From Macrostomum lignano (Eukaryota), in the NCBI GenBank assembly GCA_002269645.1, contig NIVC01000515.1:1-34237 (forward strand): DNA of 34,237 nucleotides, written 5' to 3'. The position numbers were made by a program, and so were the translations under genes. Of the stretch, positions 1-8,739 are shown one piece after another (the first letter of the stretch is position 1; every line of letters starts with the position of its first letter). The notes beneath the pieces were generated by a model. That model ran no database searches. It had not been told where the DNA came from and saw only the letters and a program-made list of their open reading frames with translations.

Positions 1-1
1 G

Positions 2-130
2 GTGAACGAGTTCATCGATTTTCTGCAGCAGAAAAAGCTTAATGTTCGCTTTCCGCTGTTGGTAAATCAGTTAAGAAGAAAATGGCAACCAGCAGAGGGG
101 GTGAACTGGAGAAAGAACAGGAGAGTCTAG
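2..130 (+). CDS. 3' end of an ORF truncated by the window edge (element-associated hypothetical protein)
   Basis: Frame +2 is open from base 2 to TAG at 128-130: VNEFIDFLQQKKLNVRFPLLVNQLRRKWQPAEGVNWRKNRRV*. The F..FL...N.P.L.N..R...W pattern resembles C-termini of Polinton-associated ORFs from memory; not verified. Confidence 0.35.
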   Translation: MNEFIDFLQQKKLNVRFPLLVNQLRRKWQPAEGVNWRKNRRV

Positions 131-180
131 TCAAGGGGTACGGAGCAACACAGCCTGGCTGAAATTGCCTGCCAGAAAAG

Positions 181-187
181 TATATAA
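181..187 (+). promoter_or_regulatory. Candidate TATA box (TATATAA) upstream of the ATG 229 ORF
   Basis: Consensus TATAWAA in an otherwise balanced-composition intergenic gap, 41 nt before the ATG. Confidence 0.45.
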
Positions 188-228
188 GAAGGTGACTGAC
201 TCCGAAATTTTCGAAGGAAAGCTGCATC

Positions 229-669
229 ATGAACTACATTGACTTCAAGGATTCCCGTGCAACAGCACAAGCAAAAATTTGTTGTGAAGGAGTTGGCAGT
301 TGTTCAAATCAGAGCGGGGAGCTACCACATTGCTCACCATGTGTACGCACCTCCGTATCCATGGGAGAGAGTCTCACCTGACATGCGAGTTTACTACAGA
401 CAGCTATCTAAGAGTCTGCACCAGTTTAAGTGGAATGATGGAACCCGTCCGTACATGGAACTGGCGGAAGACATTCTGAGCATTGCCAGTGGTCCGATCT
501 GGTCAAATGGGGAAAGGAAGTCGATTTTTCTGACTGAGCTGCTTGGAAGACAGGTTTATAACCTAGAAGATTTGGGAGCACCTCGACTGAAGATTCAGAT
601 ACTGGCTGTGCAGTGAGAAATTCGTTGCTGCACACTACAGTTGGCTTAAGCCAAAGTTCTGCATCAACT
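229..669 (+). pseudogene. Small RNase H-like/DEDD-type putative nuclease of Polinton-associated type, interrupted by single-base frameshifts
   Basis: ATG 229 reads MNYID in frame 1, QGF in frame 3 (246-254), then frame 2 ...KFVVKELAV...YAPPYPW...HQFKWNDG..PY...NGERKSIFL..LL...VYNLEDLGAP, then CAVRN in frame 1 (607-621). TATATAA lies at 181-187. Pseudogene versus sequencing error cannot be decided here. Confidence 0.55.
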
Positions 670-747
670 TAAGAAGCGAGCAGTGTCCGTGGCACACGAG
701 CAGTAAAGTTGGCAGAAGCAGATTTGGTGAAGAAGTTGACGATCGAA

Positions 748-1320
748 ATGAGCCCACCAGCTACAGCCCTAAGAGTGACCAATCTGGTTGGCGGAGTAGA
801 TCTGAGACTGGATGGTGGCAGGGGCGCTCAGCTGCCTCTACGGGAACTGGCTCTCAGCATGGCTCATGTGATCTACCGGCCCGTCTGGCCCCGGGTGCTC
901 ATCAAGCGGATGCGGATTCCCAGAGTGACTCTCCTACTCTACCCTACTGGGCAACTGAGCATCTGCGGTGCCAAGACCCACGCAGACGCCAAAAGGGCTG
1001 CCCGTCGCTTCGTGGCTATGCTGCATCGGAGAGTGCCGGCTCAACTGCTGCCTCATCAAACAATTTGTGTTCGAATTAAAACTATTACTGCTCATGGACA
1101 GCTCCCAGTTCATTCCGCACTTTCCTTATTAATGTTAAAATCAATTATCCCAAACGCCGAATATGAACCAGAATCCTTTTCTGCTTTAATTTTCAATTTA
1201 AACTTTTGTAAATGTCTGCTTTTTCACAGCGGCTCTTTTGTTCTCAGTGGAGCTCGGTCCTTGAATCAGTTGCATACCGATAGCATGCGTCTACTCAATG
1301 TAGTTCTTTCCATTGAATAA
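748..1320 (+). CDS. Divergent TATA-binding-protein (TBP)-like protein, intronless, core only (~190 aa; first ATG 748, ORF track starts at TTG 709)
   Basis: Two TBP half-repeats: VTNLVGGVDL...YRP...IKRMRIPRVTLLLYPTGQLSICGAK...AARRF and IKTITAHGQL...YEPESFSALIF...LLFHSGSFVLSGAR. These correspond to canonical NIVAT..L/PRTTALIFSSGK.V.TGAK and YEPELFPGLIY/LLIF.SGK.VLTGAK. AATAAA directly at and after the stop. Confidence 0.85.
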   Translation: MSPPATALRVTNLVGGVDLRLDGGRGAQLPLRELALSMAHVIYRPVWPRVLIKRMRIPRVTLLLYPTGQLSICGAKTHADAKRAARRFVAMLHRRVPAQLLPHQTICVRIKTITAHGQLPVHSALSLLMLKSIIPNAEYEPESFSALIFNLNFCKCLLFHSGSFVLSGARSLNQLHTDSMRLLNVVLSIE

Positions 1321-1902
1321 AAATAAAGTCAAGTCAAGCAATTTGCCGCAAATATTTCAATGATTAGTGAAAAGTGAATAAAAGGATAAACTTGGTATTC
1401 TTTACATTCATTTTCCCAGGCAGACAGCTATGGAACACTTCAAAAACGTATTTAGCCCATCACCAAAAGTATCGCAAAACGCATATCAAATCCGAAAGTA
1501 AACAATACTACCATCGTTATAACAAACGATGTGCACCGAGAGAAGAGAAATAGAAAAGTGATAGAGAAAATATGATTAAAACGCTGATTGAATTTACAGG
1601 AACAATTTGTGTCAGATAAAAACCAAAAACACATTTTAAACAAGTAGTACACAAAGCAAACAAAAATGAATTAATATTGTATGAGCGCACTTGCCACACA
1701 GCTTTATAAAAAGTAAAACTTAAATTGATATCAATATTTCACGCCGCAAAAACAAATTGACAGCTAAATCTAGCGCAATTAGCCAAGCATACAAATTTGT
1801 AAAAGTTACTACATGCAAGTCACTACATTTAAAACAGAATTTGGCAATTTAAACAACTCTAAAAGCAAGAAAAAGTACTAAACAGTCTGTTAAACACCCG
1901 CA

Positions 1903-4900
1903 CTAGACCAGTCGGATGCGCTTCAGCTGATCGTGGGATGCGGGCGTCAGCGCATAGTGTCCGTAGGGCAGGCTTCGATTACTGCTAAGCCACACTCGCT
2001 TATCCTCCCACACCGATAGGCTTCTTTTCTCCATGACCGACGTGAAGATTTCGTGTTTCTTGGAAACAATCGCTGTCATGGCAACCATCTGCTCTTGCTT
2101 GGACTCGAACGCGTCGACATAGTTCGCATGCGAAATTTGCTGTCTTACTACTGACTGCTTCACGCCTTTGGCAGTTTTCTTGATCTTTGCACTCGAATTC
2201 TCGGCAGGGAGAAACGAATAAAGTTTTGGACGCAAAAGAATCCACTCCTGGTAAATTCCACCAGCAGATTCATCTTTAACGCAGCCCAGCTTTCCTTTTA
2301 ACTCTTCAGAGAAATGCGGATGGTCTCGAGAATAGTTGGATGTGTCAAGTATTTTTTCCTCTCTAAGCTTCGGGATTACCTCCGATGTTAAATCATGATT
2401 CTTGAAAGCTAGAAAAAATGAGTCAGTATCACCTCCGCAAAGCATCATGTCTCTGGAACCGTCTGAATGACAGAACAGCGGTCGGAGCCTGTCATATAGT
2501 AGGCTGTACATGGCCATCTTAGAGAGATCGAGAACTGCCTGGCCAACGAAAATGGCCTTGTCAAGCGTGACTTTATCTTTTTTGAGCTGAAAAATGCTCA
2601 ACGACTCATTGATAATCGAGAATGCGGCACAGTTTGGTCGAGAGGCGCAAGTTTCTGCTTGAGTCTGGTTAGTGCAAATTCGAACATCGCATCTTTTTCG
2701 AACGTTCTCCATAGTTTTTCCAAAGAGAGAATTGTTTTTCAATTTGTAAAAATCCTTAGCAAACTCGGAAGTTGCCAAAGCTCTTTTTTCATTGTTGCTG
2801 GCAATGTACGGCGCGAAAATATTTTCCTGCTTGAACGAAATCATTTTTTTGACGCACTTGATCCGCATTCCGTGTTGCAGGTAAAATCTTAAAACGGTGC
2901 TGTGAACTACGTAAGAATCCTTGTCGGTACAGGTGAGTAGAAGCTTCTCCGTTGCTTGAAACTTAGCTTCAGCATTGCCAGTTCGCTGTTCAGCAATCTC
3001 TTTCCATAGTTCGGCCATGTACGGCGAGAATTGATCTGGCTGTGGTTTTGATTTTTCAGGTGCAAACGGTAACTCCTGAGTCGAATCGTGAATCTCAGCT
3101 GGGTATTCTAGATCGAGTTGAACAAGGTAGGCGATCTCGGCTTCTGGATTGAGTGACAGAAACCGATTGGAGTCCCAGAACTGGATTTCCTGTTCCGGTA
3201 CCCACCTGAATTCCCTGCATGGAAGCGGAAGCGACAGGGCAAAGCCATACAAGTTGTTCATATCGATCGGCATGAGGCTTACACTCTCTTGCTGATCATC
3301 ATAACCTGGCAAGCTAGGATTATTACCTTTGACGCAATGCACATTAATGAAGGACATGCCTCCTCGTATTCCCTTCTCAAACAGATGATACATGTCAGCA
3401 TCAGTCAGCTGCTCTAGAACCACTCCAGTCGACTTTAGAGCTGAGTCGTAAGACAAACCAGGAGTAGTAAAGTAGTGTACCGGATCCAATCCGTCCTCTT
3501 TCAGACTGGCCTGTCGGAATGTCTCGAAAATGTCAGCCAGCTGCCTTACATCCATTTCAAGATAGGCGAGCATATAATCCTTCAAACTTTTGCATTGAAA
3601 TGCCGCCCATGCCGCTCTTGCTCTATTGTAGTCGTCGTCGGAAATTCCCCGATCGGAAAGTCGATTAAAAAAAGCATCTTTAGGCGGCAAAACCGACTGC
3701 TCGAGAATCTCAAATCCTGTGAGGTAATCATATGGGAAAATCCCTTTTTTTCGAAGTAGCTCTCTTGAAAGATGTGGTCTTGACTCAAGCATTTGCATTG
3801 TCAGCTTGCATTCAGCTTCGGGAAGATTAGCAAACAAATTGGACAAACTTCCCTTCAAAAAGCAGAGCGAGTCGATGAACTGAATTGTAAACATGATTGG
3901 CACAACTTTTCCGTTCTTTACGTAACTTGCAACAGGGAATTCCGCCCTTAGTGACAAGTATCGCTCGGATGATTGCGGAACAACACTAAGTTTCCAATTT
4001 TTCATGCTCCCAAGCGCAGTGGAAAGTAGAAGATGAAGGTCGTAGCCGCCTAAGTTGTGAAAAACCAGGGGCAGAAACCGGCGTCGGAGCTGTGCTCGCA
4101 GGTTGCATTCTTGACATGCTGCACCTTTGTACTGTCCATTTAAATGATCGTGGTCAAAATGTTTATCTGTAGAACTTTTAAAGTTCTTCTTGCAGTAGTG
4201 ACATACCTCAGCAGAATTGAAATCATCCATGACGGTCGCGGATGATCGGTCAGCCGGCTGGTGGCTATGCTTCTGGTTCCAGTGAAATATATCCTGAGCC
4301 AGGCTTTCAAGAGATTTGAGAAAACCAAGGATACACTCATCAGGGTCCGCATTGCAAAAGACCTTGTACATGTCTCCTTCTGGCCTAAGCGGAGGTCCTG
4401 TCATGCCTTCACGAGGCACTGCAAGAAAAGCTGCTGCACATGGTTCATGCTTTGAGATCAGGTTAGCAGGGTCTGTGTTCGCTCGCAAAATGGCTTCCAG
4501 GTCGGCATAGGCAACGAATGGTGGACTGACAGTGTTTTGACAGTTTCGGAACTTTATTTCATTCTGTCCTGGAACTGGAAGCGTTTCTTTGACAGGATTT
4601 TCTGCAGTAATGCTGCATTCGTTCCTGTGCTCTTGAAGCCTCTCGTTGCTATAAAATGATGTTAAACATTTCGTGCACCACTTCCTCATGGCGGGACCAT
4701 TACGACTGTTCATTAACCTGTCAAAATTAGTAATTGCACACCAGTGCTCCGATCCGTAGCTGTCTTTAACTAGCAAAAGCATGAGGTGTCTTCGGTCATC
4801 TGACTCATGCTTGCGGCGACGGAGAAGAGTCACACTGCCCTGCTGCCAAGAGAACGCAGAAATGCAAATTCCTGGATTGTTAGACTCGACGCGATCGATA

Positions 4901-5361
4901 TCAGCGACACTCACTGGCATGGAGATTTCTGCAAAGTCCAGCTCACGCAACCATTCATCGTAAGAGGATATTCTGTTGGGCGATTTCTGAACTTTCGGAT
5001 CGGCGCTGTGCAGTGCAGCGAGACAGGCGTACAGGAAACAGTCTTTGCCTGTGCTCGGTGGATTGATAACAGCCTTTTTGTTCTTCAAACTGGCAGGAAG
5101 ATTGAATCTAACGGCTCTGCCCTGGCGAAATCGAATTGGATTGTACCTGGCAAGGTTGATGTCTAGAAAATTAATTTGTTTAATTGTCCAGCCACTGCCG
5201 TTCGTATTAATCATACTACAGATCCTCTCCAACTCCTGCTCCTGCTCAATCAACCAGTTGTTTAAACGGCCTGCTTCACCACCTAGGTCTAGGGCCTGCA
5301 TTTTACAGCTTATCCATCTGTCCTCTTCGGCAAGCATCTCCCCATCTCTTATTCGGACCAT
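1903..5361 (-). CDS. polB: Family B DNA polymerase, Polinton/protein-primed type, with C2H2-like finger and endonuclease VII-like insertion (frame open upstream to 5565; true start probably further 5')
   Basis: ExoI YADLE, ExoII FHNLGGYD, IDS, KGIFPYDY, ExoIII YLEMDV, Pol A DMNNLYG, Pol B KLKNNSLFGK, Pol C DTDS, PKLY and KGV. Long insertions between A-B and B-C fit TPR1/TPR2. CxxC...DHDH...CxxCN at 4203-4102. Uninterrupted 1152 codons. Confidence 0.95.
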   Translation of the reverse strand: MVRIRDGEMLAEEDRWISCKMQALDLGGEAGRLNNWLIEQEQELERICSMINTNGSGWTIKQINFLDINLARYNPIRFRQGRAVRFNLPASLKNKKAVINPPSTGKDCFLYACLAALHSADPKVQKSPNRISSYDEWLRELDFAEISMPVSVADIDRVESNNPGICISAFSWQQGSVTLLRRRKHESDDRRHLMLLLVKDSYGSEHWCAITNFDRLMNSRNGPAMRKWCTKCLTSFYSNERLQEHRNECSITAENPVKETLPVPGQNEIKFRNCQNTVSPPFVAYADLEAILRANTDPANLISKHEPCAAAFLAVPREGMTGPPLRPEGDMYKVFCNADPDECILGFLKSLESLAQDIFHWNQKHSHQPADRSSATVMDDFNSAEVCHYCKKNFKSSTDKHFDHDHLNGQYKGAACQECNLRAQLRRRFLPLVFHNLGGYDLHLLLSTALGSMKNWKLSVVPQSSERYLSLRAEFPVASYVKNGKVVPIMFTIQFIDSLCFLKGSLSNLFANLPEAECKLTMQMLESRPHLSRELLRKKGIFPYDYLTGFEILEQSVLPPKDAFFNRLSDRGISDDDYNRARAAWAAFQCKSLKDYMLAYLEMDVRQLADIFETFRQASLKEDGLDPVHYFTTPGLSYDSALKSTGVVLEQLTDADMYHLFEKGIRGGMSFINVHCVKGNNPSLPGYDDQQESVSLMPIDMNNLYGFALSLPLPCREFRWVPEQEIQFWDSNRFLSLNPEAEIAYLVQLDLEYPAEIHDSTQELPFAPEKSKPQPDQFSPYMAELWKEIAEQRTGNAEAKFQATEKLLLTCTDKDSYVVHSTVLRFYLQHGMRIKCVKKMISFKQENIFAPYIASNNEKRALATSEFAKDFYKLKNNSLFGKTMENVRKRCDVRICTNQTQAETCASRPNCAAFSIINESLSIFQLKKDKVTLDKAIFVGQAVLDLSKMAMYSLLYDRLRPLFCHSDGSRDMMLCGGDTDSFFLAFKNHDLTSEVIPKLREEKILDTSNYSRDHPHFSEELKGKLGCVKDESAGGIYQEWILLRPKLYSFLPAENSSAKIKKTAKGVKQSVVRQQISHANYVDAFESKQEQMVAMTAIVSKKHEIFTSVMEKRSLSVWEDKRVWLSSNRSLPYGHYALTPASHDQLKRIRLV

Positions 5362-5784
5362 TCGAATATTCGCCTTTAGCTGAACTTTGTAATGATGTCT
5401 TGAAATTCTTTGCTGAACTGCCTCAATAATTTTGTCTCCAGCTTGGACAAAAAATTCTGACGGAAGCGTGTCTGGGTGACTCGATCTGAGCCTCAGTATT
5501 TCCAGTGATTGATCATAGGCTTGGGCAACTCTGCTGAAGCTGACTGTTGAACCTGGTTTGTGGTTTTAGGATAATATTTTTGTTTTTTGCTGCCTATAGT
5601 TTCAAATATCAAAGATACTAAACTAAACGTCTGTACCCAAGCATACATGTACAACCCTACCGGTATAAAGTCTTTTATCTCCCCTTCTCCCATTCTTTGG
5701 ACTAAAATTTTAGACTGCATAATATACATCGCATTGATAAGAAAATTTTTAAGTAAGTTGAAAAGGATAAATAAAGGCACTTAC

Positions 5785-6181
5785 CTTGGTGTGCATCAGT
5801 CACCGACTCGCTGTTGGCTGCTGACTCGCTGCTGGCTGCTGACTCGCTGCTGGCTGCTGACTCGCTGCTGGCTGCTGACTCGCTGCTGGCTGCTGACTCG
5901 CTGCTGGCTGCTGACTCGCTGCTGGCTGCCGACTCGCTGCTGGCTGCCGACTCGCTGCTGGCTGCCGACTCGCTGCTGGCTGCTGACTCGCTGCTGACGT
6001 CATGGTCCACCCAAGGGTGGTCATACTCGATCCACGAGTGGTCATCCTCCATCCACGAGTGGCCATTCTCCATCCATGAGTGGTCATTCTCCATCCATGA
6101 GTGGTCATTCTCCATCCATGAGTGGTCATTCTCCATCCATGAGTGGTCATTCTCCTGCTCCATCCAGGAGTGCTCAACCAT
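5785..6181 (-). CDS. Putative first exon of a repeat-rich protein, (DHSWMEN)n plus (SSESAA)n; possibly the spliced N-terminus of polB
   Basis: ATG at 6181 followed by in-frame 21-bp and 18-bp repeats, then CAAG|GTAAGT donor at 5784-5779 (phase 1). A phase-1 acceptor ACTATAG|G is at 5595-5594. Confidence 0.45.
5803..5997. repeat. 18-bp tandem repeat (gctgctgactcgctgctg), about 10 copies, in ORF
   Basis: Directly visible. Confidence 0.95.
6005..6175. repeat. 21-bp tandem repeat (tccatccatgagtggtcattc), about 8 copies, in ORF
   Basis: Directly visible. Confidence 0.9.
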
Positions 6182-7065
6182 AGAAAAGGCAAGCAGTTAA
6201 AAGCTGACAGTGTTTACTGGCTGCAACTGAGTGTCATAAGCAACTGGGAGTGAATATTTGAAATCTTTTTTCGTAAGTCTTTATTGCTGCAATACTGGTA
6301 CAATATCCACACTTACAAGCTAGTAGATGCTGGTTATATTTTTTTGGTTCTCCCTTAAGCTAGCTCTCTGCATGCATATTCTATTGATCCCTATTCGTAA
6401 AAGTTCGTTTCTATTTGCCTCCTACGCAGACTCAATCGGTAAAAAATGCAAAATGAAGCCAATAGTTAATTAACAAACCAATCACCGAGTGGAAAAATGC
6501 TGACATTATATATATATTTTTTAAAAAAATATCGAATTCACATGGTGCAATCATAGTCAATAAACAATGCATGGAACAATGAATTACAAATACAGACGAG
6601 AGTTTAGAAGCAGAAATATAGCTGAAAAGTTCAATAATTAAAGAATGAGGAAACACCGCATCAAAGCAGTAGAAAGAAAATTATACCTAATCAATCGCAC
6701 CAAGCATACGAAACCATCACCAATTTATTGAAAGTATGTTATGTTGATTTTAATTTGTTAAATTCAACTGTATAATGTTTCACCTACTTTTCAAATAATT
6801 TTTTTTTACCTCGGATACCAAAAAAATATTGGTTGCCACTACGAGCTACGAGCTTTTTTTAAAACTAATTTGGAAATGAAAACTGAAAACTTATAAGCAA
6901 GATTCCTAGAAGCGAATACAGAGTTATGAGATGATCAAATCATTAATTAATGAACCTACTTTCAACTTTAAAAAGCTAGTTGAAATAAAGTTTTAGCAAT
7001 AATTGCAATAAATGGGTAGATTTCTCACTCCACACAGAAAGCAAAAAAGTACAAAAATTGCTTAG

Positions 7066-8439
7066 TCACAGCGGCACAATTCTAATACGATTTTCGAAAA
7101 TCGTTACCTCGTACCCAGCCCCGCCGACAGGAGGCAGAAAGAAGGCAACTCCAGCTGGCACGGGTGGAGTTTCGGATTGAGAAGCTGGAATTGTAGAGGC
7201 TGCAGCTGGGGCGGCTGGAGCAGCTGGGGCAGCCAGAGCAGCTGGGGCGGCCAGAGCAGCTGGGGCGGCTGGAGCAGCTGGGGCGGCCAGAGCAGCTGGG
7301 GCGGCTGGAGCAGCTGGGGCAGCCAGAGCAGCTGGGGCGGCCAGAGCAGCTGGGGCGGCCAGAGCAGCTGGGGCGGCCAGAGCAGCTGGGGCGGCCAGAG
7401 CAGCTGGGGCGGCTGGAGCAGCTGGGGCGGCCAGAGCAGCTGGGGCGGCCAGAGCAGCTGGGGCGGCCAGAGCAGCTGGGGCGGACAGAGCAGCTGGGGC
7501 GGACAGAGCAGCTGGGGCGGCCAGAGCAGCTGGGGCGGCCAGAGCAGCTGGGGCGGCTGGAGCAGCTGGGGCGGCCAGAGCAGCTGGGGCGGCTGGAGCA
7601 GCTGGGGCGGCCAGAGCAGCTGGGGCGGCCAGAGCAGCTGGGGCGGCCAGAGCAGCTGGGGCGGCCAGAGCAGCTGGGGCGGCCAGAGCAGCTGGGGCGG
7701 CTGGAGCTGCAGGTGGCACAATTGCATTATGCGACTCATTGTCGCTGCCCTCCTCTTCTAGGATTTCCATTTCGTGGTCGTCTTCAATTAGATGAAGTTG
7801 TTTTCCAGCAATCACCGGAACCGAAGAGACAGGTTGCTGCTGCTGCTGCTGCTGACCAGCGTTGAATTCCCTGAGGAACTGATCCAGGACATCTTCCTCT
7901 ATGAAGTTTATGACAGCAGCAGCCTCGACTCCAGCAGCCTCGACTCCAGCAGCCTCGACTCCAGCGGCCTCGACTCCAGCAGCCTCGACTCCAGCAGCCT
8001 CGACTCCAGCAGCCTCGACTCCAGCAGACAGCTCAACTTCAAATTCTGCAGCTGCTGAAGACCCGCTTGGCCTCATCCTCTTCAATGTAGAGTCAATTAC
8101 TTGACTCAAGTGAGCTGATAGCAGACTCCTGCTGGCTCCCTTTTTCTGCTGGCTCTTCTTTTCTCTCTCGTTGCTCTTTTTGATGGCGCGGATTACTTTC
8201 CAGCGGTTACTTTCTTGCTTTTTCTTGTCATCGCTGACGATCTTGTGTCCTCGATGATATGCTGGAATTTTTCCCTCCTGCAGAGCTTCGACGGTGCCGC
8301 ACTGGTCGCATGCCAACCAGCATGAGACCAGACAGTTCTCATTCTCGTGGTGTCTTGGGGACACGCCTCCAAGCAGGCACACTTCGCAGCTTATACAGAC
8401 CTCATAGAGGTCTCTATGACAACTTTTAAAAGTTTTCAT
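7066..8439 (-). CDS. Hypothetical protein (457 aa): Cys/His-rich N-terminus, basic segment, (VEAAG)n, polyQ, acidic patch, (AAPAAL)n repeat
   Basis: ATG in good context (TCAAAATGA) with TATAAAA about 52 nt upstream. Unique non-repetitive termini. Internal repeat units of 15 and 18 bp keep the frame. Same strand as polB, intronless. Confidence 0.7.
   Translation of the reverse strand: MKTFKSCHRDLYEVCISCEVCLLGGVSPRHHENENCLVSCWLACDQCGTVEALQEGKIPAYHRGHKIVSDDKKKQESNRWKVIRAIKKSNEREKKSQQKKGASRSLLSAHLSQVIDSTLKRMRPSGSSAAAEFEVELSAGVEAAGVEAAGVEAAGVEAAGVEAAGVEAAGVEAAAVINFIEEDVLDQFLREFNAGQQQQQQQPVSSVPVIAGKQLHLIEDDHEMEILEEEGSDNESHNAIVPPAAPAAPAALAAPAALAAPAALAAPAALAAPAALAAPAAPAAPAALAAPAAPAAPAALAAPAALAAPAALSAPAALSAPAALAAPAALAAPAALAAPAAPAAPAALAAPAALAAPAALAAPAALAAPAALAAPAAPAAPAALAAPAAPAAPAALAAPAALAAPAAPAAPAAASTIPASQSETPPVPAGVAFFLPPVGGAGYEVTIFENRIRIVPL
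7195..7712. repeat. 18-bp coding tandem repeat (gcagctggggcggccaga / ...ggctgga), about 28 copies
   Basis: Directly visible; encodes AAPAAL/AAPAAP on the minus strand. Confidence 0.95.
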
Positions 8440-8490
8440 TTTGAAAGAGAAAGAGTTGTTTTTTAGAAGTAGTAAGGTTTTTAAAAATCC

Positions 8491-8497
8491 TTTTATA
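8491..8497 (-). promoter_or_regulatory. Candidate TATA box (TATAAAA) upstream of the 457-aa ORF
   Basis: Consensus TATAAAA on the minus strand about 52 nt before ATG 8439. A second TATATAA is at 8548-8542. The region is AT-rich, so chance is possible. Confidence 0.4.
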
Positions 8498-8739
8498 CAA
8501 TTTGTTTTTGTCTATTTGTTTATTTGTACTTGCGTGGCTGCTTATATAGTAATTTGTACATGCATGCCCTCTCCTTATCATATCGTATATGAACATCCAG
8601 CCATGCTCAGGTAATAATTACTTTACCGTTATAGAGGCCACTGGCTGTAATTAGTGTATCCCCCCGTCCCCTTATCCAGGTAAGCAACACCAGCCGTCCT
8701 CTGTGCAGTTGTAAAACTTTATAACCTTACCCTAACACA

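Noticed and set aside
709-1320. Calling this the host TBP gene
   Set aside because: It has no N-terminal extension and no introns, several invariant residues are changed, and it is embedded in the PolB cluster. Host TBP cores are nearly invariant.
1321-1902. Short ORFs and A-rich coding-like frames between TBP-like and polB
   Set aside because: All frames are interrupted within about 60 codons and show no recognisable motif. Consistent with convergent 3' UTRs.
2000-5383. Small ORFs overlapping polB on either strand
   Set aside because: Shadow frames of a long, motif-complete polymerase ORF.
5800-8104. Alternative-frame ORFs over the 18-, 21- and 15-bp repeats (LLAADS, QQPAAS, LLWPPQ, SSWGGQ, AASTP)
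   Set aside because: Stop-free by repeat structure; only one frame per locus has an ATG start and unique flanking sequence.
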